Positions 12,087 through 26,885 of a stretch of 64,000 nucleotides of DNA are shown here, piece after piece. Below the pieces are notes generated by a model. That model saw nothing but the letters and a program-made list of their open reading frames with translations, had not been told where the DNA came from and ran no database searches. The DNA is from Setoptus koraiensis (lineage: Eukaryota; Animalia; Arthropoda): assembly GCA_048013815.1 (NCBI GenBank), contig CM106585.1, positions 5,890,001 through 5,954,000 of the forward strand. Direction: 5' to 3'. The translations under genes were made by a program, and so were the position numbers. Positions within the stretch are counted from its first letter, which is position 1. Each line of letters opens with the position of its first letter.

Positions 12087-15000
12087 AATATGCTCGCGAC
12101 GACGGGTATATGCACACAAGACTCGGGCGACACGATGATGTGTGCGGGCGCTCGTTAGTCGGCCGACACGTTACGGCCAAGGCGAGTCTACGCGAGAGTT
12201 TATTTGAAGCGGAAGCGCGCCAGCGGAAGTGAGCGGAGCGGTCGATTATTGCGCGCCAGTTAACACCGCGACAACGCCGCGAGAAGGCGCCGCGAAGGGG
12301 CTCACGGTTACAAGAAGGCGCCGCAAAAGAGCGGTTATAAGACGGTTATGAGAATGCCCCTGAAGCGGGCCGAGATTGGGGCCGCCACCGGGCCGGCAAT
12401 AGTTAGCTGCGCCGGGGTAATGCATCGTGTCATGGCTTGTCTGACATTGTCATGTCGGTCGGCGCGGATCGGCCGAGCGGTTGTCGGTGTGACGGTATGT
12501 CGACGGTCGATTGGCGGCGCGACAGCGGCTCATTTGTTGCACTGCACGATACTTTTTTGCCGCTGCGCCCGCCAGCTTAATGAGGCCGGGCCGGGGGGCC
12601 AGTCTGAGCAGTCTAAGCAGGCGCGAGTCGCGGCAACCCGAGTCCGGGGGAGCCGCAACGGAGCGCGAATATTGCGCCATCGATCACACCTCAAGCAACA
12701 CTGACTCGCCCGTTTGTTGGGCGCTGCGGGCCGGGCCGGGCCGGCGCAATTGTTGTTGTTATTGTTATTAATTCAAATGATGGCCATCATTGTTCGGCTG
12801 GCCGCTTTGTTCGTTTCTCCATTTCCGTTTTAAAAGAAACTGCTTCCCCTCGGCGCGCTGTGTGTGCTGCGCGTGCTGTGGTGCGCAAGTCGGGGCCGAA
12901 ATGCCGCCGCTTCCAGTTGACGCCCTCGCGAAATCTCTGCCAATAGCGGCCGGATAAATCCGGCGAGCGCGCGCGTAACAGCGCTGATAGTAGCAGCGCT
13001 GCGTGTCGAAACTAGACGCGGCGCCGCTACTATCGGTCCGTATCGGTTCCGCTGACTGGCAACCGCCAACAGAAATCATTTACGTAACAATAACAGCAAC
13101 AACAGCAACAACAACAGCGACAACGGCAATAATAACAATAATAATAATATCGCTCGTTGCTGCGTGAGTGCAGCGGGGCCCCGACGAGCGGCCAGCGGCA
13201 CTTGCAGCGCCAGTGTTGCGCCACTCAAGTCGGCGCGCCGTTCCGGCGTTTGATTATTCTTTTTTGCCGACGGGCCGGCGGCCCGCGATCCGCTGCGAGC
13301 TCGGGCATTTTGGCCCCCTGTGCGCGAGGATCGGCCCGCCAGCCAGCCACTGTGTGCAATGAAAGCGCCAACAACAACAAATAAGACGTTCGGCTCGATA
13401 TTGTGCGAGGCCAGCGCCAGCGAGGCCAACTTAGAGGATATTATTTTAGTTAGCTATTTTCGTTATGACTAGTCAGGCGGCACAATCCGGCCTTTTGAAT
13501 GACAATTACCCCTCGTTGACGGCACCTATTACATTACGCGCTATACACAATATACCAATGACAATAGCATCGAGCAGCCAGACGAAACGAAGGTGCAAAG
13601 TAAACTCGCCCGACAATATGGCAGCCAAAAGAGCAGCAGACACCAAAAAGGGGCCCCATTTTATTTTTTTTTTCTTTTTGTTTTCTTTATTGACACCCCC
13701 ATGTCGCCATGATGTAACCCGGCGCCACGCATTGCGTAATACTGTGACGCAAGCGCCACGCATTGCGCAATCATGGCCCCACTGGATCCGTGGGGCGCCG
13801 TGCAACGGATTGTGTCAAAGGTTATTTAATCCGCGTTGCGCGCGTTCTTAAGAACAAAGCGACAATGACACGGAATTTACAACCGTAACCAATGGATTGG
13901 ATCCAATGGATGAGCCGTGTCATGCGTTGGCTGGCGAGCGCGGCCACAAGCCGGCTTTTGCCGCTTTTGCCGGGGCCCTCGTCGCCTCTTGACTTCGTTG
14001 AGAGCCCGACCGGCCGCGCACGCCCCCCTTTTCGAGACACATTCTGACAGAATGATTCTAGCGCCCGCGAGAGAGGAATTTTGAGCTCACGAGCATTCGT
14101 GACGATGAATGCAACGATGCAACGGGCCTCTCGTTCGCAGCAACGACGACTCGACAGTTTGGTTTGTGAAAAAATGATATCACAGTCGCCGCAAGAGTTG
14201 ATATCGCGCTCGCCGGCGGAAATGATATTACGGCGGATAAACCAGCCGCATTTATCCGTTGGGGGCTAATCCATCGCCAGCTCTAACGGCTGTCTGCCTG
14301 TCTCTGTTCAGCGCAGTGTGTGGATCTTCGGTTGCGACTCGGGTTTGTTTGCCTCTTTGTTTGCGCTGCCGGACTTTTCGGGGGTCGTTAGACCTCCGAA
14401 AAGATTGCCCGAAAAGATGCGGCGATATTCAAGCTCGGATAGCACGGCAAGCGGGTCGTTTTTGGCGTCGAGTGTCGCCGTCGCTGGGGCCACTCGATCT
14501 TGTTTCACGCATTCACAAGCAAATATATGGTAGCCAGCATCACGACTGGACAACTCGACTGGCGACATTTCAAGCGGCTCACACAACTGAACTGAATGGA
14601 TCAGTTGCTTGCAAATCCATGCGTGAATGTCACAAAGAAGCGGCCCAGAAAAAAAAAATAATCGACGCTCGCGCGAATTCTCTCTTCGATCGATATTGGC
14701 CGAGCGAGTGGTCATGTCGAGTCGACCATTCGCTTGATTGACACACGCTATAATTTGGGGCCCCATGGAGACGTGATGACGGTCGCATAATAAGCGGTGC
14801 AGTCGCACAATGGAGCAGCGGGCCACTTGACGCGCGACAAGCTCGTCGTGGTCAGTTTGTTGGTCAGTTATGGTCAGCTCATAGTTGAACAAGTGCCAGT
14901 GATTGCGTCATCGCAAGGGGGCCCATACACGCTTATTACACGCAACGCTTGTTAGTAATACTTTTGTTTAGGGTAGCCGGCCGCCGATAGCTCTAGTTGG

Positions 15001-15850
15001 TAGTGATGACGCAAGGGACGAGAGCTGACGCAATTCATCGATCGAGTAACGGTGATAATAATTACGTCAGTGGTCAGCTGGCATCGTGTAGACTGGTTGT
15101 AATGAGTGGAAAAAGTTGACAAATAACGAGCAAATTAATTGCCAGCTCTGTGCCGCTTGCAACCGGTCAATAATAACTGCAACCAGTTAATAATGAGTGC
15201 AATTTCCACAGCAAATAACATTTATGTCCATGTAATACGCATGTGTCGACATGTAATCGGCATCCTGTCGGCCATATATCGGCCTGCATCGCGGCATGCA
15301 TTGCGGGCAACTGCCAGCGGCTTGTCATGAAATCATTACGCAACAAGCGCCCTCTTTCACCTGTTTTTTCGCCACTGTGATTGCCGCCGAGCCGTCCGCT
15401 GAGCTGTCCGCTGACCCGTCCGCTGAGCCCGACACACAGGCGAGCCGGGCGATGGTCAGCGACTGGCCAGACCAGACCGCACTAATGAGGAGACAATGAT
15501 GTTGTTGTCCAGGCAAGGAATGTGTTTGTGTGATCCAACAGCGCTGCTCGGTGCGTACGTGACCGGGCGCTGATTGGGGGCGCCCGGCGATCGTCCAGAT
15601 CGGGGCCCCAATCCAGACTAATCTGTTGTGTGTTGCAACAGCCAGCCAGCCAGCCGACGCAACAACACGGCACAACCGACACCCTCGATCCGCTGCCGTT
15701 GTTGTCGCCGGCGCTGTTGTTGTCGCTCGGTTGCAACAACGACAACAGCAACAACGGCAGCGCCAACGACGACAGCGACAACGACAACGCCAACAGCGAC
15801 ATTACGTAACAACAGCGTTGATTATACACAGCGCGTCGCACGCGGTGCAT

Positions 15851-15898
15851 GGGGCCGCTTGTTTGGGGCCGCTTGTTTGGGGCCGCTTGTTTGGGGCC
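15851..15898. repeat. 14-bp repeat (GGGGCCGCTTGTTT) x3 plus a partial copy
   Basis: Read directly. Confidence 0.85.
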
Positions 15899-16569
15899 GG
15901 CGCCGAGACGCGGGGCCCGCCTGCTAATGGCTCTGATTATCTTGATTGCCGTCGGTGCCCCTCGCTGGCCCGTCGCTGGCCCCGGTAACTAGATGGTGAG
16001 CAAACACAACCGTGCCATATATGTTAACAGTTTCGCAGTTTGCGACTTTTGGCCCCAGGCGCCGTCGTGTCCCGTCGGCCTCGCTGCCGAGGCGCACTGA
16101 GGGCGCTGCTCGGCGGCGTTTTGTTTCGCGTCGCCCCAAAGTTGTGTTGTCACACACACACACACAGTTGCAGACAAACATACAAACATGGGCCAACTTG
16201 TAATCATAATCATCAATCTGAGCGCTTGCGAGGCGCTCCGGCCCTGGACCCCGCGTGGGCCCCAAAATTGGTTGCATTTTGCGCAGACGGCGCTGCCAAA
16301 GTGTCAACACCTCACTCACGAGTCTACCTAAAACACGGCACAACGAGCGGCCCGCCAGCCAGCCCAATCGGTTCGGGGCCATGTCCTTCTGCCGGCCAGG
16401 GCCCCCATCCAAATAGACTCCGTCGGAGTATAACTGGGGCCCCACTCGATGCTGCGCCAGTTATTTCGGGCCCCCATAGAGCTGCCGTCGTATGGGTGCT
16501 GGCGCGCATATTTGCCATATGCGCGCCACGAAAGACACACAATGGCCGACAGGGGCGCAACCGGCAGCA

Positions 16570-16652
16570 ATAACGCGAGCCCCGTTTGTAATAACGCGAG
16601 CCCCACTTGCGATAACGCGAGCTGCGTTTGTGATAACGCGAGCCCCATTTGT
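16570..16652. repeat. 21-bp repeat (ATAACGCGAGCCCC..TTG..) x about 4
   Basis: Read directly. Confidence 0.8.
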
Positions 16653-19600
16653 AATAATGCGCGCGCAAAAAATGACACAACAAACAGCAATTTAATTATG
16701 TCTCATTTGCATCTATTGCCACGAGTGCCACGGGTGAGGGCTGCCAATGAGGCTCATGAATGAGCGACGACAAACAGTTTCGATGCAAACTGCACGCGCT
16801 GCCATGTAAAACGCACGCAGTTTTAATTTTTGCCGCTCGTTTGAATGCGACGGCTCGCCCAATTAAAACAAGCGGCGGCGGCGACGCCACCAGCCACTTC
16901 CGGTCTAATTTAGCGCGTGTCACATTGGCGAGCGCGCAATCACTCCACGCGTTGGCTCGTGGCGAGTCGCTGTCGCAACATATATCACTCAGTATACACA
17001 ATCGAGACCCAGCGATAGTCGCGAGAGGCCCAACTGGATTTGCCGCAATATATAATGATATAATGGTGGAAAGTGGTCAAAATTTTCGTGCGAGCAAATT
17101 GTGGCAAATCGCATTACGCGTGTTGTGTGGCTCGCCTCATTGATTGATATCGGTCGCACGTACTGCGCGTGCTAATTCACTTAAACACACACACACCGTT
17201 TGTGACAAACAACAAACGACGGCACGTTCGCAGAGGCGCGCCAGCACGCGCACCCGAGCCACTTCCGGTGCGATATTAGCGGATTAGCGGAGTGTTTGTT
17301 TGTTCGAGCCTTTTCTGCTGCTTTTCACTCTATCTAATTATTTCGGCCTGGCCCTGGCGAGTTGCGCGTCGCAACAACCGGTGCCAACAACCAACAACAG
17401 CCAACAACCAACAACATCCAGCAACAACCGACAGCCAGCAACAACCAACAGCCAGCAACAACCAACAGCCAACCGCATGTGCGTGCGTGTGTGTGTGTGC
17501 GTCGAAAGAGCGATGCAAACATCCGGCGGCGGACGCGGGCTCACCTGGTCGCATCAATCAGGCTGGCGGACGGGCGGGCGTACAAACGCGGCGCGTTGCT
17601 TGTCGGGCCTGTTTTTTCAGGCCGGCCCGTCAGTTTTGGTTGGCGCTGGCTGGTCGCGTTACACGACACTCGTCTCGTTAGGCCGCCCAGCGCCAGTTAG
17701 GCCGCCCGCCCGCCTAACGGGCGCTAACTGATTAATTGATAGATCCCATTTGGGCTCCCCCACTGAAATAAATGGGCAAATTGGCGCGTGTTGGCGCTGT
17801 CGCCAATGGGCGACGCACGACAAGCGCGACCGTCATGACTTTGCAGCGGCTCTTACGTAACGACGACGCGCCCGCAGTCAATGATTAATTACAGATTGTG
17901 TGTGTGTGTGTGTGTGTGTGTCTGCCGGGCCCCAACACACAGCAGCAGCAGCAGCGTAACGTTACATTGACGAATAAATATTTTTTATGCTCGCTCGCTG
18001 TTGTCGTCGTCGTGTCAGCCAGACAACGCGCCAGCCAGCGAGACAAAAGCAATGACAGTGTGTGTGTGTGTATGTTATTACGTAACACATTGTGCGCCCT
18101 CTACAATGATTAATTCCAGAACGTTGACATCAATTAGCCTTTGGCTGCGGCCATTTGAAATGTCAAACGCGCCTCTTGTCGCGCCGCCACACACACGCTA
18201 CACACAACGCGTGGACGCCATTCTTTTGGGGCCCCGATTGGGCCCCAGTCACGGCAAAAACTCGGCGGAATTTAGGCGCCGCCCTGCTCGTGAGGCTGTT
18301 AGACTCACTAACAGTTAGAGTATTTGTGGCGCTGTCAGGTAGCTAGAGTAATTGGCAAAGTCAGCAAAATAACAACAACGACAACGACAACAACAACAAC
18401 AACTACAACAACGCATTTGCATCGCTGCTATTCACCTGAGCGCCGCCACTCCGCCAGCCACAACCAACGGCTGGCTCGCCCAAGCCACAGGGCCTCGGGC
18501 CTCGCCAGGGGTCACTGGCTGGCTGCTCGTGGGCCCGAAACGAGCACACGCAGCAAGCCAGAGGTGTCGCGAGAGGAGCTGCCAATTATGAGCCAATTAT
18601 CGTTGCTTATCATTATCATAAACACATTATCAGTTTAGTGATACAATGTGCGCCAAGCTCACTCATTCCAATGCGCTGCAAATATCCATTTTATCGCAGC
18701 ACATTTTGTACATTTTGTTGGCTCACACACGGGCCTCGTATAATACATATACAATACATATATATTTGTTATCATGGCGTCAGCATGATAAAAAACAGGC
18801 CCCACTGTCGGTGATAGCGGCGCGTAAGCCGCTTATTTCGAACATTTTCATTCATTCGAAACTTTTGGCCCGAAAGGGATAAAATTTTTTTATCATAACA
18901 CGATTTGATATTTGTGCGACAGTTTGGTATTTGCGTCGGGCTGATTGCGCTTATTAGTGCCGCTCGAATTGAGCACTGGATAACACACATACTCTAGATA
19001 CTGGATAATAAACGATATGAATATTGCGATAAAGTCGAAATTGAATCGCAACCTGCCAGACTCTGCCAGCCAGAGCCTTTTCAGCATGCTGATCGTCGGC
19101 TGCTGGCGGATAAACTTATCCGCGACAAGTTGTGCCGATCAACCGATATCTGGCATCAGAGATATTGATTTGAAATTTGATTTGGCGCCAAATTGGCCGC
19201 CTTTTTGCTGGCTCTTTTTGTCTTTTGGGCCTCATTTGACTCAAATGATTTGAGTACGGGATGCACAGGATATAACCAATGATATACTTCACATTACGTC
19301 ACTTGATGATTGCCGTTTGTGATGGTGCCACTTGCTGGATTGAGCTCAGTTTAGCAGCTAGCTGATGGGGCCGCTAGAACTAGCTGATGGCCACTACAAC
19401 TAGATGACAGCCAGCGACAGAGAGATGAACGGGCGAGCACTTGTAACGAGTTATGTAACTGCATTTTGTGTATCATATATACTGCGGGTATTTACTGCGG
19501 GTATTTACTGCGGGTACATATTGCGGGGATATGTTGCGGGTACATGTTGTGGCAGATAATAACAGCGGCAATAAACGTGAAGAGGCCCAGTGAAGAGATA

Positions 19601-21984
19601 AAATTTTTCCAACGACTTGGCTGGCTGGCTATGCGTGTTATGTAATCGCGGCATGAATCAGTTCGTATGAACGTGTCGGTCAGTGGTGGCAGTGGCGAGT
19701 TGCGACCGTCGGCCGGGCCTCAATCGGCCGGCCCGGCGGTAGTTGTAAATTCAACTCTGACCACCCCACGTAATGGGCCCCTCACACTCGCCAGTCGGTG
19801 GCGTGACATGGCCACATCACGGCCATACAGTCACCGCCAGTTGGCGCCCATACCGAGGCCATTTATTAGTTGCGTATTGGCTTGTACGACACACACACAA
19901 GTATGTGTGCCAGCTTGCAAATAGCCGGGCCCCATTTAAATCGGCCCGCTAAATGTTAAATGTTGGCACTCGCTTGCGCTTTTCGGGCCCCTCTCTGGCA
20001 ACCGGAGTCTGGCTGGCTCAAAAGCCGGCCAGCGCGCGTCTCTGGGGCCCGCTCGATCTCTGTCAATAATTTATCTATTCATCTATCTATCGTCGGCGCT
20101 GCTCGGCGGCCATATATAGAGGGCTCTTTTTATATTTTATTTTATGTTTCCTCGGCGCGCTCGGCGCGCTCGCCACGCTCGCCAAGCCCGCGATCCGCGT
20201 CTGTCCGCGTGCCATCGCGCCAACCGCCTCTGCCCGCGCCAACCGCTTCTGCCCGCGCCTGTCCGCCACTCATCTACGCGCGACCCGTGGCAAGCGCGCC
20301 GCGACGAGCCGGCTCGCAAACTTGGCGCTCGGCCCGGGTGCCACTGTCGAGAAATCAAGCAATCGATCTAATTCAGATTCAAGTTTCATCGCTTCTCTTT
20401 TTACCACCACTTCTGCTCGACTTTTGTTTGGATGGGGCCATCGCTCCCGCTCGGCACCCGGCTCGCTGTGTGCCGAGCGCTGTGCCGACCCGCTAAAACT
20501 AAACGCCTGTGTCGCCCGATCATCCATCAAGCCGCAGCAATTTGGCAGTTGCTCGTCGAGCGGCCACTTTGGCTCGCCAAGCTGTCCGCCGACACGGTGC
20601 GGGCCGGCGGCCGCGCAACGCCGGCCGCCGTGTCGGGCCGGCCAGTGTGCGACTTCGGGCCGACATGTGGCAACTCCGAGAAACAAAACGTCGCCCCTTT
20701 TTCGCAAACAATTTCGGCCTCCGCGCTCGCCTCCGCCGCCTCGTGGCGCTGATTATCGTCGATGGGCCCCACATTGCGATAATCAACACTACAAACGATG
20801 GCCATTCGCGTGAGCAGCTCGCCAGTTACGCTCCCTGGCCATTACGCAATTTTGTGCCGTGTACGCACAATGCGGCGCCCAATCGTGCGCCGCTCGGCGG
20901 GGGCGGCGCAAGCGGGCCCCAGTTGATTGGTGCGGCGCCACGCGTCAAGTGGATGCGATTCGCATCATGCGAAATATTTCAAATTGGCGCAAACGGCGCG
21001 ACAAAACACAACAACCGCTGGACGACAACAACAACAACCGCTGTACAACAAAGACAGCGGAATATCCTCGGATAATTTACCTGGCGCAAATTATCTGGAT
21101 ATTCGGCGTGTCGCGCTGGCGAGCTTGCTGTGTGTCGGTCGCGACTCGCGAGCGGACTGTCGGCGCTCGCCGCGAGGTGGCTTGTTGGCTTGCTGCTTAT
21201 GGCCGACAAGCACGCGATTTGTGAAGGCTCTTAGCTGAGAGAGTGTGCTGCGACAGGGGCCCCTTTCGCAGCAAACCGTTCACAGGCACAAAGCGTGGCG
21301 TAACCTGTCCGCCGGCAGCGCCATATCTCATCGGCCCGCGGGATCGCGGCGAGAATTGCCGCGAATTGCACCTGCCAGCCCGGCGGGCCGTCATCAACGG
21401 CAACAACTGGCCATATATCATTGCGCGCACGACCAGTAGGGGCGACACCGTTACTTAACTGGACGCACCCGACGCCGGGGACAGCGCGCGCCGCGCGGGT
21501 AATGGCGGCCAGTGGCGGGCGATAGCGTATAGAAGCGGATAATAGGGGCCGCTTCGCCCGCCCGATGTGGGCCCGGCGCAATTTTAAAATTTGCCAATTT
21601 TCGCCAAACTCGCAAGCCTCTTGCGCTCGTGACGCGTCCGCAATCGGGCGCCCTTCGGGCGACTGTGCTCCCGACCGGCCCGCGCCCGCTCTCGTCCGTA
21701 TCTCTCCGGGCTTCGCCCGGTGCGTTTCTGCGTGTGTCCTCTCGGCTGAATTGGATTTTGGGCAATTTTCGCCACGGCTCTCGTGCCACTCCAATGGAAA
21801 ATGGCAAGCTCATCCGCCAGGTACGTGCTTGTCAGATGAGCGTCGGTGCCGGACGAAGCCGTGCGGTCCGCGCCGTTTCTGTGCCTAATGGATCGGCCGT
21901 TTGTTGGCGCGGGCTGTTGGCGGGACCGCGCGCGCCAATAGCCCGCGTGCGGCACGCGCCGGCAACAATCGCGGCCCGCCTGAC

Positions 21985-22064
21985 GAGCGGCCGGCTTGTC
22001 GAGCGGCCGGCTTGTCGAGCGGCCGGCTTGTCGAGCGGCCGGCTTGTCGAGCGGGCCGCTTGTC
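21985..22064. repeat. 16-bp minisatellite (GAGCGGCCGGCTTGTC) x about 5
   Basis: Read directly. Confidence 0.9.
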
Positions 22065-22486
22065 GCACGGGCCTCAATTTGCCGATTCGGGACCATATCT
22101 CACTGGCAGGCGCCAGTGTAACCGTATGGCGACAACTGGGCCCTGTGACCCGGCGGGCCCGTACGCGCTAACGAGGGCAGCGGCACACACACTCAAGTGG
22201 CAAACAACGACGGGACAACCGGATAAACATGCGGCGGATAAAAACTAAAACTGCGGCCTGTCCCATTGTGTAATGGGGCCCATTTTTCATCTGAGCAAGA
22301 CTTTTGAGTGCGGCCATATGGTGGGCACTTAATCATTGCAGGTTGCAACCATTGATCAGCGCGCAGCCATTGGCTGTTAAATGAGGCCGCTCACGTTGCG
22401 CCTCGTCATGCTGGCGCTCATTTGAATAGATCACCTAGCGGTCGTGTGTTGGTTGTTGGCATTAGCCGGGCATTAGTGCGCCCGCC

Positions 22487-22527
<41 letters not shown>

Positions 22528-24097
22528 CTACAAGTTTATTTGAGCACTTAATAGTATGTGAGTCGCGTTCATTGGCCCGGCGAACGGGGCCCCAGAAGCC
22601 GCCGAGCCGGCCGACAAACAACGGTCTCGCTTGTTAAACGTTGAAGCGTGTGCTGCGCGTCGCAGCGCACAGTGTGCGGCCCAGCGAATGGGGCCCCACA
22701 AAACGTCGGGCTCACACAACGTCGGGCCCCGCACAGCGTCCGGCCCCACATGCACGGTTACATAACGCAATACGTATAACGGCACGGCTGGCAAGCCGGC
22801 GTGTTTGCACGTGATCTCAATTGCCACTTAACGTTTGTGTGTCGCGCTGACTTATCGCGCGTACGTGCTAATCTCATCATTGTGTGCTGCCGCTGTGTAT
22901 CATAATACCATAATGGGGCCCAAACAAAATAACGTTGTCGTTGTTGTTGTTGTTGTCGTTGTTGTTGTTGCTGTCAGTTGACACAGCAGTCACCATGTCA
23001 AACAAGCCGACGACGGACATTCAGCGGTTACATAATGACATGCTCTTATCATTGATTAACTGTCTCTCTCTCTCTCTCTCTCTCTATGATTATGATATCA
23101 CAAGCACGCCAACTGGCGGCCATTGTCGTCTGCTGGGGGCCGCCGCACGAGACAACTGTCATCTTTTGTCGTCGTTTCGCGACCCCAGTTGGCCGCTAGG
23201 GGCTCGAAACTGTGCAACTGCCGCCAGGGGGCCGAGGCGGCCGCCAGGGGGGCAGAAATAGCCGCTAAGACTCCTATCATAGGCGGCCGGTCGAGTGGGC
23301 GGGTTGTGTTGGTTTTGCAGGCCGCTGCCAGTTGCCGGATGGCCGGTCAGTTTGCTGCTGGTCAGCTATCGATTGTAGTTTTGCAAAGCTTACTTTTGCG
23401 AAGCTATAAGTAGTTTTGCAAGTGTGAACTATAGGCCCGCCAGTGGCCACCGGCCCGCTGCTTGATTTTGTTCCGCACCCGCTTCCGCTCGGGTGAGAAG
23501 TGGGCCAGAATACAGCGGCAGGCGGGCATAGAGAGGCCAGGCAAGGATGAGAGCGGCAGCACGGAGGCGCGGACAAACGAATCGATTTGCATAGGTATTA
23601 AGTAGGGCCCCAGCTATGCAACTGTCGACAAAACAGCCGGGCGACAACGGCACCATACCGATATTGGCACCGGTCCAATGTCGTCGGGCAATGTTGACAA
23701 CAACAACAACACGCCAAAATCAGGGTGCACTTGTCAACTCGTCAAGCTGTGCCTCGTCAGCCATATCATGGGCATTATTTATTCATTTAATATTATCCGG
23801 CAACACACCGGCCGCTTGTTACCTGTGCGCATGGGGGCCCCTCGTGGGGCCGCTGCATTAACGCGCGCCCCATTAGGGCAGCGAGCGCACGCGGGCCCCA
23901 GCGGGCGAGAGCTCGCTGCGAGCTGGCGCCAGTTGACGGTCGCAACGGGGCATCTCGCGGCCAGATTTTCAATGAATTCTCTGTCTGCTTCCATTTCATC
24001 TTTGTCGCCGTGTGTCGCGCCAATTAGATTATGGCTTTGTTACAACGGGCCCGTTCGGGTCGCGCGGCCTCGAGAGGCCGCACCCCCGGATTCTCCG

Positions 24098-24161
24098 GAG
24101 TCTAGGCACAACAGAGTGTAGGCACAACAGAGTCTAGGCACAACAGAGTCTAGGCATAGCA
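24098..24161. repeat. 16-bp minisatellite (GAGTCTAGGCACAACA) x4
   Basis: Read directly. Confidence 0.88.
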
Positions 24162-26535
24162 GAGTCTCGGTATAGAGTCCGCTAGAGTCTAGCGGAGGTA
24201 GCGCGCGGAGGTGCGCCGCGGAAGTAGTGCCCCGGTGACCCGTGACTCATGGGCCGCGAGTGGCGACCTGGAGCCGGCTCAGTTTGCCAGATAAGAGCGG
24301 ATAAGCGCCGAAGGAATAATATAATAATAATAATAGCAACAACAATATCGTGTGTTTGTTTGCCCGGCCTCGCAACTGCTTGTCACACGACAATTCCCAG
24401 ATTGAATTGAATTGAATAGAATCGAATTGGCGCCACTGCTCGCCCAGTTTCCGGTTCAATTGTCAATGTCAATTTCGTTTCGTAGCCGGCTGCTCGCTTT
24501 TTCCAGCAACCGCCAGGGCGCACGCTCTCTCCGCTCGAAAATAGACTCCGCCGGGCCCGTGTGCGTACGGGGCCCACGGCGAGGCTTGTGCCTAGGTGGG
24601 GCCCCCGACAGTTAAGCCGCCGCTTTTCACATGGCTAGCCTTGGGAGCGAGCTGGCAAGTTGCAACTGATAGTTTGTGTGTTGTTGACTGTTGTCGCCCA
24701 TTTGCTTGGTGGCGCGTTCTTTGTTTCGCGCTCGCTCCCTCTTGCCAAACTTGTCCCATCGACACAAAAAGTGAGGCCCGAATTGAGGCCCCGCCAGTCC
24801 CATATTGTCGGCGCGCTAACGAAAGTTTAGAGCTGCGCTGCTAGTGACGACTGGCTGCTATCGAAAGTATCATAACTATCAAAACTCTAACAACTGAGAG
24901 GGCAATCGAAGCCGCTGACAGCGAAGCCTTGGCCGCGCTGTCGAACAGAGATTCTTGACTCGACTCGTGGGCTCTTTTGCGAGCTCGGCTCTCACCAGCG
25001 GTCTCAGCGACCCCGAGTCAGAGCAGCGACCCGCAGCGGCGTGGCCGCGCCATCAGCCAGCATGGGTGCATTTGAGCGTGGAAAATAGTCGGGCCCTCGC
25101 TCGCAAAATAGCTGGCCGCCCACTCGCGAATGGCTGGCCGGCCCTCCGGAAACCGCTCCCTCGAAACGCTCAAAAATCTCCCTTGTTGACTGTCGCAGAT
25201 TCTGGGACCCACAGACGTCGCTCCTTGAATCTCCCACAAGCGTCGCTCCTTGAATCTCCCAGAAATCTCGCCGTCGGCGGCGTGCCGCGCTCGTGGCTCA
25301 GAGTCTTTGAGTCAAAGATTGCAACAGACACTGACGGATGCGCCCAGACTCTGGCCACCACAGTTGGGGCTCCCCACTAGTCGCTCACTGGCGCTCATTT
25401 GGGCTCTTTTGCGCTCGTCGGGCCACTGTCGGCAATTCGTAGGGCGAATGCGTTAATTACCACTTAGGAGATTGGCTTGAGTCTGGCGATTTGTCGCAAG
25501 CGACTCGCCAGCGGACGAGCCTGATTTGTTTGTGTTTGTTTATTCGCCACGGGCACTATGTAATTGTCGCCATGTTGATGTTGCAAATTCGAGCGCCACT
25601 GTTCGGCGGATCGAGCGATTCTTCCGTTGCGCACGGAACGCAGCACTTGCGACTGTTTGTTTGTGTTGCGTCAGTTTGCGGCGATTGCGCGAATCGGGTC
25701 GCACGAAACGAACGCGCAGCCCGATTGTGCAAACTGGCGCAGCCCGATTGTGCAAACTGGCGCAGCGCGCCAGTTGGGGCCCCAGCTCGAGCTGCGATTC
25801 GCGTGAAACTGGGGCCCAGTCAAGACAGCCAAATGGCATGACAGTGGAATAAAAAACTTGTCCTGGCGTTTGTTTCGCAATGAGCAGTGGCTCTCGCCAG
25901 CGCGTTGAGTGATGCCGGCACGCGCAGCGATGCCAATGGCCTCACATAGCACGAGCTGCACCACGAGCCATATTGAGCCTTGATTTCTGTCGTATTGTCA
26001 CCGGCGACAAAACTCTAAACAAGACACAAATTTAGAGAATTTTTAGAATAGAATTTAAATTGATGGGGCCGCTGAACTTGGCCGGCTCAAGTGTCGCCAT
26101 TGATAGGCCCGGCGTGTCATAATAGCGACAGCTCTCAGGCTTTTTGTCGCCGCAGGGCATTGTTTGTGTGCCCGTGTTTGTGTTGTTAGCTTGCTGAATC
26201 GCTTCGAAAACGCCGAGTCGAACACACGAATCAAACAGACCGATCTCGAGGCCCGTTGCACGGCTCCCGTCGGCGGGCCTCTTTCGCTTGTCGCGCATCG
26301 CTAGCCATTTATCCGGTTCTTTTCTTCGTTCTCTTCTCCGTCGGCGCCTCTCACTAACACCCCGTTCTCCAACTCTTTTCTTGCTTTTCTGCTCACTCAC
26401 CGCGACCAAACCCGCCGACCAACACACAAAACATGCCCGTACCATGTCAACTATCCGCATACCCGCCCATGCGGCCCGTGCCCGCAACACCGACGACACC
26501 GACGACACTGACGACACCGACGGCCACGACAACAG

Positions 26536-26730
26536 TGATCGGTGAACAGCAGAATTACATCATCGACGTGTACGACGAGTTTGTGACCGTCGACAACAGC
26601 GCCGTGTTCCGCTGCCAGATACCCTCCTATGTGAAAGATTTCGTTCACGTCAGCGCCTGGATCGAGGACGGCACCCACGTGCTGTACGCGCCGCCGCCCC
26701 CGCGGCTCGAGCCCGCGCCCACCAAGCCAG
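26536..26730 (+). CDS. Dscam: Dscam exon, Ig2 N-terminal half
   Basis: VIGEQQNYIIDVYDEFVTVDNSAVFRCQIPSYVKDFVHVSAWIEDG matches the Dscam Ig2 signature. Acceptor AACAG at 26531-26535, donor AG|GTAAGC at 26731, 195 nt, phase 1-1. Confidence 0.9.
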
Positions 26731-26749
26731 GTAAGCTCTTGCGCAATGC

Positions 26750-26885
26750 TTTTCCGCGTTATACCGCGCTTTCCGCATTATTCCGCGCCTTTCCGCGTTA
26801 TACCGCGCTTTCCGCATTATTCCGCGCCTTTCCGCATTATTCCGCGCCTTTCCGTGCCCTTCCCAACTATTCGGCGCTTTTCCGC
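26750..26885. repeat. Pyrimidine-rich TTCCGC-based 19/20-bp repeat just after the Ig2a donor
   Basis: Alternating TTCCGCGTTATACCGCGCT and TTCCGCATTATTCCGCGCCT units. Confidence 0.82.
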
